Numbered from the stretch's first letter, positions 23,443 through 39,300 are shown. The stretch: DNA of 64,000 nt from Octopus vulgaris (GCA_951406725.2 OX597823.1:100936001-101000000); one strand, 5' to 3'. Notes: generated by a model from the sequence alone, not told the origin. Numbers and translations: made by a program.

Positions 23443-26400
23443 TACATACCTACATGATGGCCATCCACTTGTGACCGAGGAAGACCATTGCCGACCTTCA
23501 GGAACATTGTGCGCTCTAGGACTAACTTATATTTTGCATTTGTGGCTCCGTTGGTGGCTAATGAGCCCTGCTCTTGATGAGCATACACGACTGCAAACAT
23601 TGCAGACCAAGCTTTCCCCATTTACTATACGAGCCATGCGCTTTCGTGCAGCTCGCTTAAGTTCTTCATGCTGGATACGTGCTCTCTCAAAAGTGTTGAT
23701 CCCCTCCTTAACTTGCATCCTCCATCTGTGGCGATGACAGGCATTGTTCTCCCTGTCAGTGTCCTGCATATCACAGGCCTTTAATGAGGACTTGACACAG
23801 TCCTTAAATCGCAGCCTTAGTTTCTGCCGGAGTCTCCTTCCATTCACAAGTTCTCCATAGAGCATCTGCTTAGGAATCCTGCTTTCCTTCATTCTAAGGA
23901 ATCCTTCATTCTTAGGAATCCTGCTATCCTTCATTCAGTCCAACGTAATGGGTGCTTGTGCACCATCGCCTCAATACTCAAGATATCAGCTGTCCTCAGG
24001 ACCTGTGTGTCTGGAATTTTTGAGGTCCAGCCAACATTGAGAATGTGTCTGAGACATCTCTGATGAAAGCGTTCAAGGACCCTTACCTGACGTTTGTACA
24101 GAGTCCATGTCTCACATGAGTAGAGAAGCGATGTCAGTACACATGCATGGTACACAGCAACTTTTGTTCTTGCAATGCCATGTTGGGACCAGACACGAGA
24201 CTGAAGAGACCGGAAGGAATTAGTTACTCTCTGCAACCTGAAAGATATTTCCTCATCCAGGGAGCAAGAACAGCTGAGTGTGCTGCCCAGGTAGACAAAC
24301 TTGTCTACTACCTTCAGAATTGTTCCTTCAACCAAGATAGCTGGTTCCATATATGGATTTCCGGGTGCAGGCTGGAATATTACAATAGTCTTGTCCAGGC
24401 TAATGCTGAGTCCAAATGCCCTGCAAGAAGCAGAAATGCAGTTCATGAGTATTTGCATGTCATCCACTGTATGAGTGACTAAGTCACAGTCATCTGCATA
24501 AAGGAGGTCACGAATAATAGACTTGGAAACCTTTGAATTGGCAGCAAATCGGCGAAGATTAAAGAGGTGGCCAGAAGATCGATATCTGATATATATTCCC
24601 AGAGAGCAAGCCTTAGTAAAAGCATGAGTAAAAGTACAAAGAAAAGAGAGTTGGGGTAAGGATGTCACCCTGCTTGACACCATTCTCTACAGGAATGGGT
24701 CCCACCATGGCACCACCAACATTGACCCAAGCCTCCATCCCATCATGAAATGATTTAATTATAGATACAAAGTGATCCGGACATCCAATTTTGCCAAGTA
24801 TTTTCCATAGAAAGGCCCTATTTACAGTATCAAAGGCCTTTGTTAAATCAATGAATACCTGGACAAGATCCATATTCTGCTCATAGCACTTCTGCATCTG
24901 TCGTGCTGTGAAAATCATATCCATTGTCCCTCTACCAGATCAGAAGCCACATTGAGATTCAGATAGGACATCATTTACGAGACTCTTTCAGACGGGTAAG
25001 AAGAATATTTGCTAGAACCTTGCCAGCAGCTGATAGTAGAGCAATACCTCTGTAGTTACCACACATTGTTCTGGCTCCTTTTCCTTTATATAGAGGAAGA
25101 ATAATTATATCCTTCCAGTCCTTAGAGATTGCACCATCCCTCCAGACTGCACTAATAAGTTCATGAAGGGATTGTGTGATGTAATTATCACCAAATCGCA
25201 AGACCTCAGCACAAATTCCATCCTTCCCAGGTGCCCTACCAAGATTCAATTTACTTATTGATGTCATTCCTTCATCTATTGAGGGCGGGGTGTCTAAGGA
25301 GCCAATGATAGGTCTTTGTTTCATAGTATCAATCACTGTTTCATCCACTACTGACTCATGGTTTAGGAGTTCAGAGTAGTGTTCGATCCAGCAACCTGTG
25401 ATTTCTGTTGATTTAGTAAACAGAGTGGGAGACTCCTTGGAAAGCAAAGGAGCTGATGATAAAGCTTCTTGCTGTCATTTGCATCGGCAGCAGCCTGAAC
25501 ATCACGAGCAAAATCCTCTCACTAAGTGTTCTGCATCTTCCTGAGAGATCGCTGCAGTAGTGATTTTACACTGTTATACTTTGCTGCAGAGTAGACAGTT
25601 CTCTGGGCAGCAACACACTGTGGGCATGGCGCTTTACCACTAATAGTCGCTGAATTTCAGCATCATTCTCATCAAACCAGTCTCTGTGTCTGGCAGTAAC
25701 ATACCCCAGTGTTTTGGCAGCACATTGAACAACCTGGTCTCGAAAATCTTCCCATGCTCCAGCAGTTTCAATACTGGACAAGCGAGTCTGAAGATCTTTC
25801 CTAACCACAACATCATATACCTTGTGGACATTTAGACGGCGAGGAATGCTGACTGGTCCTCTTCTCTCTTTCGCCCTAATCACCATTCAGAACTTTGCTC
25901 ACACCAGACTGTGGTCTGTCCAGCATTCTGATCCATGCAAGGACTTGACATTACAGATGTCATAAATGTCGCACTTGCGGATGATGACATAATCCAGCAA
26001 GTGCCAAACTTTGGACCTTGGATGTATCCATATTGTTGTGTGATCACCTTTGTGCACAAAATGAGTGCTTGCAATGTAAAGTCCATGTTCTTCGCAAAGC
26101 TCCAGTAGCATGAGACCAATGCTATTCATTTTCCCCACTCCAAAACATTCGAGAGAGTTCCATGTTTGCCAGTCTGTTCCAACCCTGGCATTAAAATCCC
26201 CCAGTAGAATGACTTTATCAGAATTGGGAATTTTTCTAAGTATGGCTCTCAGCTGGGTATAAAAGATTGTTTTATCTTCATCACAGCTAGTCAAAGTAGG
26301 TGCATAGGCACTTATTAGAGTAGCAAACCGCTTACCTTTCAAGTGCAACCATAGCATCATTATACGTTCATTTATAGGAACAGGGAGCTCTTCCAACTTC

Positions 26401-26990
26401 TTAAGGATATCAGATCAGACTGCAAAACCAACACCAGCCTCTCTGCGCTCATCCTTCTGCCTTCCTTTCCAAAAAAAGGTGTATCCACCTCCTACTTCCT
26501 CAAGCTGACCATCACCTTCTATACGAGTCTCTGAGAGTGCAGCTATATCAATTTTATAATGGTTCAGCTCACGAGCAACAAGTGCAGTGCGTCTTTCAGG
26601 CCTGCAATCACTCCTGTTGTCCAACAGAGTGCGCACATTCCAACATGAAATGTTTAAGTTCCGTCCAGATTTTATAGATAAAAGACTCTTTGTTTTTCGA
26701 GCGCAGGGTGGACATCTGTCAGTTGCGCTAAACTGACCAGATATGGAAAAACAGGCAATTTTTTGGGTTCGCCTTTTCTAGAACCTCCCCAGTCTCCGGG
26801 TGAGCAGTGCCCTCTCCAAATGGAGCTGCTCAGACACCCATGCAGCAACCAAATCCTACCGCTGTCTTGGGCGACAAGGAGACAACTTTATATCTAGCAT
26901 GGGCCACCTATGTGCAGGTCACTGACTACATGCTTCCAACCCATCAGGTCTGCATGCTTCACCACCTTCCCATCGCCGCAGGACTTCCGA
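23440..26990 (-). mobile_element. Near full-length RTE (BovB-like) LINE, frameshifted: 5' UTR, APE, RT, C-terminal C2H2
   Basis: IDIAALSETR, LISAYAPT, LGDFNARVG, LLDYVI, TDHSLV, NYRGIALL, FIDLTKAFDTV, GVKQGD, LLYADD, FVYLGS, and CNVCSRVCSSRAGLISHQRSH. Confidence 0.92.
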
Positions 26991-27409
26991 ATAAAAAAAA
27001 AAATATATATATATATATACTAAAAATGAAGAAAATATATGCTAAAAAAAAATGCACATATCAAGCAGAGGTCGGCAATGCCTGTGCAGAGTTTTAGGTC
27101 CAATAAGGCTTGCACAACACCTCATAGACCCTCTCCACTTTATTGACAAGCCGGAGCAAGATGTCTGGTGCCAATATGAGTCGCAGGCTCAGGGATGTGG
27201 GAGCGCCGTGAACTCTAGCACAAAGATCCCCAAAATGTCCAATGCCATTCCCTGCATATCTGGTTTTATATCAGAGTGACCTTCTCCTAGAGACATGCTT
27301 TAACAAAAGCTGAGGGGTGCCTCACTCCCAGTGGTCTTTCAGCATGCCGGACACCATCCCGGAATTTCTGCACGCACACATACACACACACACACACATA
27401 CATATGTGC

Positions 27410-27720
27410 ACAGTTGTAAAAATTAGCTGACCATCAGATGTTAACATAAAGCTGAAGATCAGTGAAAAAGAGAACACCTATGCTGAACTATTGAATAATC
27501 TGCAGTTACTCTATCCAGATTACAAGTTCAGGTTTATACCTGTAATTATTGGGGCCTTGGGATATGCAACACACTGCCTAAATACCAATCTTGAGAAATT
27601 AGGCTTCTCAAAACCAGAAAGGAGAATGCTAATTCGAAGGCTACAGATCCAATTCATCGCTGGAACTGTAAAAATCTGTAATACTTTCCAGCAGTTTATC
27701 ATTTAAATATATATATGAGT
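27410..27720 (+). mobile_element. 3' end of a restriction-like-endonuclease (R4/Dong-type) LINE
   Basis: EKENTYAELL...FRFIPVIIGALG...IAGTVKIC. Confidence 0.65.
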
Positions 27721-27895
27721 ATGGCTAGATATGTAACTATATGCATGAGAATACATACATAAAACATACAAATCTGCACATACATACATACATACATACT
27801 TACATACTTACATACATACATACATACATACATACTTACATACATACATACATACATACTTACATACATACATACGTACATACATATATACAGAC

Positions 27896-28247
27896 ATGCT
27901 GATGCTGCTGAGACCCCCTTCAGTCATGACTAACCATGGGATTGCATCTAGGAAGTTCCCCTCCGAGGCACAAGTCGGGGCAAGGTTGTTTTATGGAAGA
28001 CCAGCAGTTGCCCATGCATACCAGCCTCCCCTCTCTATGCCACCGATATTATCCAAGGGAAAGGCAAAGGTCGATACAGCTTGGTACCTGTGGCATCGCA
28101 ACTCATTTCTACAGCTGAGTGAACTGGAGCAATGTGAAATAAAGCGTCTAGCTCAAGAACACAACATGCAGCCCGGTCCAGGAATCGAATTCACAACCTC
28201 GCAATTGTAAGCTCGATGCTCTAACCACTGAGCCATGTGCCTTCACT
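27896..28247 (-). mobile_element. tRNA-derived SINE
   Basis: Minus strand has A box TGGCTCAGTGG, B box AATTCGATTCC, and a central TGTGTTCTTGAGCTAGACGCT domain. Related to 40528-40855. Confidence 0.8.
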
Positions 28248-28899
28248 ACATACATACATACATACAAACAAACAAACAAACAAAAATACCTTGTTGTTGT
28301 ACTGAATTTCCAATGAAGGAACCTTGGGTCTTGGTTATAAACCAGTTCTTTCTCTATTGGCAAGAAATCTTGAAATAAACTGAATAATGACATACATACA
28401 CACATACATATTTATCAAAAATACAATGAATACTATCTCCAGCTTTGAAGCCACAACTATCAGCCCTGTTAAATAACTGGTTAATTTTCAGATAAATTAA
28501 CAGAGGGAGTCTTCTCTTCATGATCGTAGGGATTTTTGATTGAAACTTAACTTGACTTGACCATGCAGACAGTTACTGCAAATGTTTCTGGACACAACAA
28601 CATCAATAACACAACCGAAGAACAGAACGAAAACAACAGCTTAAATGTAAACAGATTCTTTCTTTAGAAGAAACTGCTACTACAAAACACATTTTCCTTG
28701 GCGTTATGAATTGAATACTGATTTATTTAACTGTTATAAAAGCGAAACAAAATCCTGCAGTTGGATATATGGATAGACTGAAATCTTACTGGAATGATCT
28801 GCATCTAGAATAAAATCCTTTTACTATGAAACAATTGCACCAACAAACAACATTTGTGGAAGACAGGAAGAAAGTTAGTGAATGTGACTTTATTAAAAA

Positions 28900-30159
28900 A
28901 GATCTGAAATTAGCCTTCTCCCAAACAGTATAAAGGAAAACGTGAATGATGTTAGAACACCACATGGTTTTGCAGTTAGCAATACTAAATTTGGTGTTGT
29001 GCTCAAAATTGACTGGATAGAATAAAATCCAAGCATAAAATACAAGTGATAGCAAAAGAGAGAAGTGATGAAAATAGATACAAAGAAAAAGAAAACTGTT
29101 GACAGTGCACACCCTATTGTACTGATTGGCTGTACTTGTCCAGAAGAAAGGGTGGGAGAGGTGTGATCAGTTGCCAGGACTGAATCAAAGCAGAGGAAAA
29201 GAGGTATATAAAAAATGCCATGGAGTTATTCTTGAAACATATGAAGAAAGCTGGCATCATCAAAACTGAGAATTGTGTAATGAAGGAAAAATTTAAAGAA
29301 GAGATGAACAAAAAGAAAAAAAAAATAAATGGCATGAAAGGAGAAACAAATGTACAGTCAGTTTGGAAGATTTGTGAACTCCCAGACAGATACAGAAGAC
29401 TGGTGGCTATAAATGAGGAGAAGTGACCTGAAGATAGAGACAGAAGCACTCATATGTGCAGCTCAAGAACAAATGTTAAGAACCAACTATGTGAAGTGAG
29501 CAGAATAGACAACACTACTGACAGCAACAAATGCAGAATGTGTGGTGAGAGGGGTGAAATGGTAATGGCACATTGTTAGTGAATTCCTTGAAATTGGCAA
29601 AACTTGAATACAAAAGACATCATGACAATGTGGCAAGAATGATCCATTGGGAGCTCTGTAGAAATCACAGCCTACAAAGAGCAAAGATGTGGTATGAGAA
29701 AACCCCAGCAGGAGCCACCAAGAATGAGAATTGCAAAATCCTGTGAGGATGCAATGACTCAGTGTGATCACCAGTCCAGACATCAGAAACTGGACACTGT
29801 TGTGATGAATAAAAAAGAAAGAACATGCATGATAATCGGCATAGCCTGCTCTGGTGACAAGAGGACCAATGTGAAAGAAGAAGGAAAAATAAACAACTCT
29901 GACGATTTGAAGTGGGAAATAGGAAGGTTGTGGTCAATGAGGAGAGTAGACATGATACCAATAGTAATTGATGCACTTAGAAATATCAGCGCTCAACTAC
30001 CAACATGGCTGGAAAAGATCAGTGCAAGTGTGAACTGCAAGAATTCTTCACAGGGTTCTTGAAGCATGACCAGTAAACAAGTGTCACCTTAGTCTACTGG
30101 CTGTGGATAGCTGACACTTTCCATGATATCTAGCAAAATAAGCTGTGTGCTTCCATCAC

Positions 30160-30212
<53 letters not shown>

Positions 30213-33200
30213 TAATAATAATGATAATAACAACAATAATAATAATAATAAAGACTGGATCAAATGCACCCTTTTGGAAAGGGATCTGGAGTGATGAAAA
30301 ACCATACAATGAAAATGCAGACTGGATGATCAAATGCACCCAAGATGCCTACAAAAATCTACAAGAACAGGTATAGGAAGACATCTCAATCGGCGACCTA
30401 AGGAGGGCACTAACGAAGGCTCATAAGTGGAAATCCCCTGGTATTGACAGAGTACTAAATTTCTGGCTCTCATCACTCTTGTTCACATACAAAATGTTAG
30501 TAATACTATTTAATAGTTTTATGAAAGACCCGGAAAAAAATCCCCATTGGATGGCAAATGGTATTACTTACATCCTCCCCAAAAATAACGAAATGAAAGA
30601 CCCCAAAAACTACCGGCCTATAACATGTTTGTCTACTATCTATAAGATTTTGACAACTATTCTAGTGGAGAAAACATATACGTTTATGGAAGAGAATAAC
30701 CTCTTTCCCACTGAATAAAAAGGATGCAGACGAGGCTTATACGGATGCAAAGATCAGCTCCTAATTAATCGCATGATCCTTGAGAACTGCCATAACAAGC
30801 GCAGAAATCTCAGCTCTTCATGGATTGATTATAAAAAAGCCTTTGACAGCATACCACATTCGTGGATTCTGAAATCGCTGGCCATTTTCTAAATTTCTCC
30901 TGTGATTTCAGATTTTAAAAAATATATGTCACTATGGAATACGACGCTCCAATAATATCATTCTAATGGAGTATTGTGCTCAAACAATATTAGCATAAAC
31001 TGTGGCATTTTCCAAGGTGACTCACTTTCACCACTAATTTTCTGCATAGCACTTATACCACTCTCAAGTGAACTGAATAGAACAGGATATGGCTACAAAA
31101 TTGACAACAGGAAAATAAGCCATCTATTTTATATGAATGATTTAAAACAATATGTCAAAGATGATGAAAAGCTTGAAGGACTACTACATACTGTGAAAGG
31201 ATCCAGTGATGATATCAGGATGGAGTTTGGCCTTGAAAAGTGTGCCAAAGCCATTTTTTTTTTAAGAAAGGGAAATTGGTAAAGTCAAGTTCAATCAAAT
31301 TAGATGTCGAAATAGTAATAAAGGAACTTGAGCAGGAACAAACCTATAAATACGTAGGAATAAATGAAGGCATGAAAGAGAAGGTTAGGAAGGAATGTTA
31401 TAGAAGAGTTCAAGCAGTCCTGAAGTCTGAGCTGAATGCATATAATAAGGTGTTAGACATAAATTCCTAAGCAGTCCCAGTTGTTCTTTATAGCTTCAAT
31501 GTGCTTAACTGGAATACCAGTGAAATAAGGAAAATTGACAGAAAATCCACAAGCTACTGACTTGTAATAAGATGCACCATCCAAAGGCAGACGTGGATTG
31601 TCTTTACCTTCCCAGAGCTCAGGGAGGTCGAGGCTTGATCCAGCTTAAACTTACATACAAAACCACCACAATCGGACCTTGAAACAACCAAAATTGGATG
31701 CTAAAACTTGTTGAAAAACAAGAAAGACCGAAAAAGCTTCACTCTATTCTGAAAGAGAGCAAAAAATTCACTACTGATCTCTTAGATACCCACCGGATTG
31801 ATCAGTTTGAAGGAAATGCACCAACCGCTGCTGCAAAGAAAATAAAATTAATTGCAAAGACAAAAGCACATGAAAAATTAGCCAGCAGATGGGAACAGAA
31901 ACCTCTGCATGGCCTGTAGCAAACAAGCTGATGTTGACCAGAAACACACGCATCAAAGGTTACGAAGCTTAGGGCTAAAAGCAGAGAGTGAAGGTTTCAT
32001 ATTAGCTGCTCAAGACCAAAGTTTATTAACCCGGAACTACCAAGCCAATGTGATAAGAAATGGAGCTGACCCAAAATGCTGATTCTGTAACGATGAGATT
32101 GAAACTATAGACCACCTAATCTCAAGGTGTAGAGTCTTAGCATCTGTAGAATATAAAGTAAGACATGACAGAGTTGGCCAGTATTTATACTGAACAATAT
32201 GTTGGCATTATAAAATCAAAACCGCTGACAAATGGTATAAACACCATCCTGAGGTGTGACTGAGGGAGAAAATGTGTCGATTCTATGGGACTTCCCTGTA
32301 CATACCGACAAAACTATAACAGCTAATAAACTGGATATTATTATAAAAGATCAGACAAAAAAGGTGTGTTTATTAATTGACATGAGTATTCCTTGCGATC
32401 ACAATATAGCGGCAAAAGAATTTGACAAGATCAGTAAATATAAAGACTTGCTAATAGAAATTGAAAAAATGTGGCATCTCAAGGCGTCTACAGTATCAGT
32501 GATTGTAGGATCTCTAGCAATGATAAAAAAAGGCACTGAAACCTATTTGAAAATTATACCAGGCTTACCATCCCTACAGGAAGTGAAAAAAATTGTGTTA
32601 ATTGGAATGACTCATGTACTGAGAAGAGCATTATCGATGTGAAAACAACATCCATTCATGAATTTATTTATTTATTAATTTTTTAAATACATATTTTATC
32701 TGTGAGTTTGCATTTGTAATCTGGGAATGCATACAATGAGCTTCTCTGCCCTAGGTGTACAGAAAACACTCGGTGAGAAACAGAAGAAAATTTGAAGAAA
32801 GAAGGAAAAAAAAATAAATAATAATCCCTATTGTCATTGGAGCATTGGGTTCAATATCCCCCAATCTGAAAAAACATCTGAAAACTTTAGAAATACCCTA
32901 CAATCTAGGTGTATTGCAAAAGTTGTCATTACTTGGAACTGCATGCATATTGAGTAAAGTACTGTCTGTCTGAGGTCCTTGTGGCTTGGTACACAGTACA
33001 AACTCCCAGTAGACACAATATCTTCAATTAACAACCTCACGATATTGTATACTGTGCGATGTCTATAATAACAATAAAGCTTATCTTTATTGGTACGTCA
33101 CAAATACTGAGAAGAGCATTGTCGCTCTGAATTTTCTTTCCCTTTTTCTCCTTTATTTTATTTGTTTACTTTTTTATTCTTTCCTTTTTTCTCTGTCATG

Positions 33201-33328
33201 CTTCCCCCTTTTCTCTATCACATGACTTTGTAAATGAACAATCAAGTTTATTTTAATGGCCTACCAATATATACAGTGCGTTTCTCTGCTGTGAGTATCA
33301 GCAAAAAATGGAAACAGAATTGAAAGAA

Positions 33329-33366
<38 letters not shown>

Positions 33367-36300
33367 GAAGAAGAAGAAGAAGATATTCTGCTCAATACCA
33401 CAGATTTCCTTGTTAGTTGTTTGACCTTAACCAGTTTGACCTTAACCTTAGTGGCTGACGATATGTGCATCTCTGACCATGAGAAGTAGTGGGGGAGCAT
33501 CATAGTCGTGTGTTGAAAGGAATTCTTGGAGTTTTGGATAATTCACCTTTGGAAACGTGGATGGTTCATTCAACATTCTTAAACAACGCTTATTCAGGGA
33601 TCTTTTGAGTGGGATGGGCTACTCAACCAGAAGAAAATTCTAACTGGGCCCCACCTGCAAGGTCATGCACTGTTTATCTTGATATAAGATCACCTTGTCA
33701 TACACATGGTTGTGATGCATGTGCCTAGTGTACCCTTATCAGACAGGTAGTCATAATGGGTATACTGGGCTTCGTATATTTTACCCCAGTGTCACTTTGA
33801 TGGCATGCACTGCTCTCTCACTCAATAATAATGATAATAATAATAATAGTGCTAGAGCATAACAGACCAGACCCAGTGGTAGTGGACAAGGTGCACCACA
33901 TATGCTATATAGTTGATGTTGCATGCCCCTTTGACCCACAAATAGTCAAGAAGGAAGACGAAAAGATAGATAGATACAACCCTCTTATGTACGAAAGAGC
34001 CCAGCAATGGAAAATGAAGTTGAAGATAGTGCCAATTATAGTTAGGTCCTTAGGATCAGTATCAGAAGGCATCAAGAGGAATATAAAGGAAATTGGAATA
34101 GAGTTCCCAGTAGAACTGTTACAATAGGTTTGCCCCTTGGCACAGCCAGAATAATCAGGAAAGTATTAGCTGGAAAGAATGAATAGCATGGTACCATAGG
34201 CTGCAGGTAGTAAGCTCACTCTACATACAAGACACTAGGAGCTCCAACAAAACCTGTGATAATGAGAAAATAATAATAATAATAATTGCCAGATGCAAGG
34301 TCAGGCACTGGCTGTCATGGCTTCTGATCTTAACTGAGTGGAAGTGTTATCATGTACATGTTTTGTCTTAGTGTAAAAGATGAGTTGCAGCTCAGTACCG
34401 CAGATTTGCTTATCAGTTTTTTTTACCTTAACCAGCTGAGCATGTCCCTTGGTGGCTGACATTATGTGCATCTCTGATCACAAACAGGAGTAATTGGGAA
34501 AGCATCATAGCCATGTGTTGAGAAGAATTCTTTGGGGTTTGCATAATTTACCTCTGGAAACATGGGTCTTATCTCCAACATCCCTAATGAACCCTCATTC
34601 AGAGACCTTTTGAGCAAGATGGGCTACTTGACTAAAGTAAAATTCCAATGTGAGGTAACTGGTGATTGGTGCCAACATATACTAGAAAAGGTAATGGACG
34701 AAAATGGGAAGGCAAAGACCTTCTGGGACTTTGATTTCCAGACAGACAAGGTGTTAGAACACTAAAGGCTGGAAATAGTAATCTTTAGGCAGAACAAACA
34801 AGAGTGCCTAATAATCAACATGGCAGAGCCAGGAGATTAACATATTATCATGAAACAAAGAGAAAATATCGACAAATATGGAAACCTCAGAATTGAGATT
34901 GCAATGGTGTGGCAGCTGCGAGAGTCAAACATAAAGGTTGTCATTGGAACATTGGATTGAACACCGCCCAACCTGAAGAAACATCTGGACACTTTAGAAA
35001 TACCTTACAATCTACGTGTATTGCAAAAATCAACTTTACTTGGAATTGCACACATAAAGTTCTGTCTTTCTGAAGTCCTTGTTGTGACTTGACAAACAAT
35101 GCAAACCCCTGGTACACACAATATCTTCAATCTACAACATCAGAATATTGGATACTGTGCAACGTTTTTAATAACAATAATGATGATAATGATGGACAGT
35201 GTCAGAAAGCATCAAGAGGAATATAAAGGAAATCAGAATAGAATGCCCAGTAGAACTGTTACAAAAGGTTTGTCTCCTTGGCACGGCCAGAATAATCAGG
35301 AAAGTATTAGAGAGCTGAAAAGAATGGATAGTATGGTACCATAAGCTACAGGCAGCAAGCCTGCTATGCATGCGAAACATAATTTTGGCAATAGACACAT
35401 GTATAGTCACAGTAGTTTGGTATGGTGCTGGAATTCTGAAGTGAGCAGAGTATGAGCTAAAGGAGTTGGACAGGAAGACAAGAAAGCTGCTAACAATGCA
35501 AGGTGTCCATCATCCAAGTGCAGACAGTGAGTGACAGTACATGAAGAGAGCAAATAGAGGAAGGAAACTTATGTGAGGAAAACTGCATATGTATTGACCA
35601 CAGGAGCTTACTGAGATACTTTTCCAAAGTAAGAAAACCTTGCTTGTGTCAGTTAGGGATGAGGGCATATTGAAACAGGGAAAAACGAAGCAAGAAGTAC
35701 AAAAAGAACATGAAGAAGCACTACACAACAAGGGACTACACAATCAATTCCTGGTAACAACAACTGAAGCTGCAGGAAAGCATTGGTTGAACTGGCTGAA
35801 GAAAGGAGCGCTAAAAAAAAAAAGAGACAGAGAGCACTATACTGACAGTGCAAGACCAAATTTTGTCCACAAGCTGGAGGGTCAACCTTAGGAATTATCA
35901 AGTGTTTCCACTGTGCTGGATCTGTAATAGAGTAGATGAAACCATTGCTCATATCATGAACAAATACCCTACACCTGCCAAAAGTTGTGGTGACATAATG
36001 ACATAGTAAAAGTGCTACATTGGAAACTGTGTGAAAAGTGGGGTTTAGAAGCGGCAAGATGTGGCATAAGCACAATCCACAAAAAGAGTGGAGTTGGAGA
36101 CCTGCAAAATACTGTGGGATTTCCCAAGCCAAACAGATCAGATGCTAGAGCATCACAAGCTGAACCTAGTGGTGGTGGACATGATGAACCACATGTGCTA
36201 TATAATTGATGGTGTGTGCCCATTTGATCTACAAATTGTCAAGAAGGAAGATGAAAAAATAGACATACACAATCCTCTCAAGTATGTAACAGCCAGTTAT

Positions 36301-39300
36301 GGAAAATGAAGAAAGTGAAGATAGTAACAATTTGGGGACAGAATGAGAAGGCATTACTAGAAATATAAAGGAAATCAGAATAGTTTGCCTAGTAGAGCTG
36401 TTACAAAAGGTTTGCCTCCTTGGAACAGCCAGAATAATCAAGGAAGTACAAGATAATTGAAAAGAACAGAAAGCATGGTACTGTAAGCTGCAGACAGCAA
36501 GACTCCAGGAGTTACATAAAAATCTGAGTTAGAAAAAAAATAATACTAAAAAGACAATAAAAAGCTTCAGGGCCTATTGTGTACTGTGAAAGCATTCAGT
36601 GATGACACTGGGATGGAATTTGACCTTCATCAGTGCCAAGGTCACTTTCCAGAAATGGAAATTGAAGACCTCAAATTTGTTCATGTTAGATGTTGAGACA
36701 GTTATAAAAAAACTTGTACAGGAATAAACTTACAAATATCTTGGAATAAATGAAGGCTCTGGCATTCAGCATGCAAGCATGAAAGACAAAATCAGGAAGG
36801 AATGTTTCAGGAGAGTTCAAGAAGTCCTGAAATCTGAGCTAAATGCACGTAGCAGCAAGGTGTTAGCCATAAATTCTTTAGCAATTTCAGTTGTTATTTA
36901 TAGTTTTAATGTTTTGAAATCATATATCAGCAAAATAAAGAAAATCTCTTACAAAACCACCACAATTGGACTCGCAAAATATTTTGAAACATCTAACGAG
37001 TGGATGCTAAGACCTGTTGAAAGCCATGAGAAAGGTAAAAAGTTTCATTCTGTTATGAAAGAGAGTAAAAACTTTGCTAGTGAGTTCATGTATAATACCC
37101 AAGTTGAATAGTATGATGGAAGTGTTGCAACGGTTGCTGCAAAAAAGGTGAAATCAATAGCAAAGAAAAAGGTATATGAATAATTGGTTGATAGGTAGGA
37201 GCTGAAGCTGCCACTGCATAACAAATATGTGGCCCTTAGCAAACAGGCTGATGTAGACCAGAAGCACACTCATCAGTGGCTACGGAGCTCATGGCTAAAA
37301 GGCAGAGAGTGAAGACTTCATCTTAGATGCTTGAGAGCAGAGTGTATTGACCTGGAACTGCCAAACCAATGGAATGACAAATGGAGTAGACTGAAAAGAG
37401 CCAATACTGCAACAATGAGATTGAAACAGTAGACTATCTATTCCCTGAATGTAAAGTTTTAGGACCTATAGAATATAAATCAAAACATACTTGAGTTGGT
37501 CAATATCTACACTGGTTAATATGCTGGCTTTTTAAAATAAAAACTGCTGACAAGCACCACTCTGAGGCTGTAACCAAATGAGAAAATGTAATGATTCTTT
37601 GAGACTTTCCAGTATGTACAGACCAGACCATCAAAGTAAATAAACCAGATATTGTTGTAAAAGACCAAAACAATATAGTCTGTTCATTGATTGACATGAG
37701 AATACCTTATATCTTGGCAAAAAAATTTGATAAGTTGATTGAAATCAAAAAAAGTGTGGCATCTTAAGATGGTTACAATATCAGTAATTGTAGGAGCACT
37801 TGGATTGATCAAAAATGGAATTGAAAATTATTTGAGGATGAACCCTAGCTTACCATCCATGCAAGACCTGTAAAAGATTGTTTTAACTGGTACGTCATAC
37901 ATATTGAGAAGAGCATTGTCGCTGTGAATTTTCTTTCCCTTTTTCCCTTTTATTTTATTTTCTCTTTTCTTTTTTTTTTTCTTTTCTTTTTTCCTTTATT
38001 TTCTCTTCTTTTTTCTATTACATAACTTAACTTTGTAAATGAACAATTTGGTGTGTTTATTTTAATGGTCTACAAATATATACAGTCAGCTACTTTGCCC
38101 TAGGTGTCGGGGAAAATACTTAGCAAGAAATGGAAACAAAATTTTAAAAGTAACAACAACAACAATAATAATAATAGTTATAAAAGAACGTGAGCAGGAA
38201 CAAACTTACAAATACCTTGGAATAAATGAGGGCTCTGGCATTCAGCATGCAACCACGAAAGAGAAGATCAGGAAGGTATGTTACAAGAGAGTTCAAGCAG
38301 TCCTGAAATCCAAATTAAATGTATGTAACAAGGTGTTAGCTATAAATTTTTTAGCAATTCTGGTTATTATTTACACTTAATGTGTTGAATTGGAATATGA
38401 GTGAAATAAGAAAGATTGACAGGAAAATCTGTAAGCTGCTGACTTACAATAAGATGTACCAACCAAAGGCAGATGCAAATGGTTTTTACTTGCCCAGAGC
38501 TCAAGGAGGGCGAGGTTAGACCCAATTTGAAATTTCCTATAAAACCACCACAATTAGACTGACAAAATATTTTGAAATATCTAATGACTGGATGCTAAGA
38601 CTCATTGAAAATCATAAGAGACGTAAAAAGCTTCATTCTATTTTGAAGGAGACCAAAAATTTGCTAGTGAGTTTATGCATAATACCTAGATTGAACAGCA
38701 TGATGGAAGTGCAGCAACAGTAGTTGCAAAGAAGGTGAAATCAATAGCAAGGCAAAATGCATTTGAACAATTGGCTGATAGGTGGGATCAAAACCTCTGC
38801 ATGGCAAATATGTGGCCTGTAGCAAACAAGCCAAAGTAGGCCAGAACCACACACATTAGTGGCTACGGAGCTCTGGGCTAAAAGCAGAGAGTGAAGGCTT
38901 TATGTTGACTGCTCAAGATCAGAGCTTATTGACCTGAGCTGCCAAATCAATGTGATGAAAAATGGAGTAGGCCCAAAGTGCTGATTCCGCAACAATGGAG
39001 TTGAAACAGTGGACCACCTAATCTCTGGGTGTAAGGTTTTAGCACCTGTAGAGTATAAATCAAGGCATGACAGTGTTGGCCAATATCTACATTGGATAAT
39101 GTTTCAGTATTATAAAATCAAAACTGCTGATAAATGGTACAAGCACCACCCTGGGGCTCTAACCAAGGGAGAAAATGTAATGATTCTCTGGGACTTTCGA
39201 GTATGTACAGACCAGAACATCAAAGCAAATAAACCAGATATTGTTGTGAAAGACCAAAACAATATAGTCTGTTTATTGATTGACAGATACCTTGTGACCA

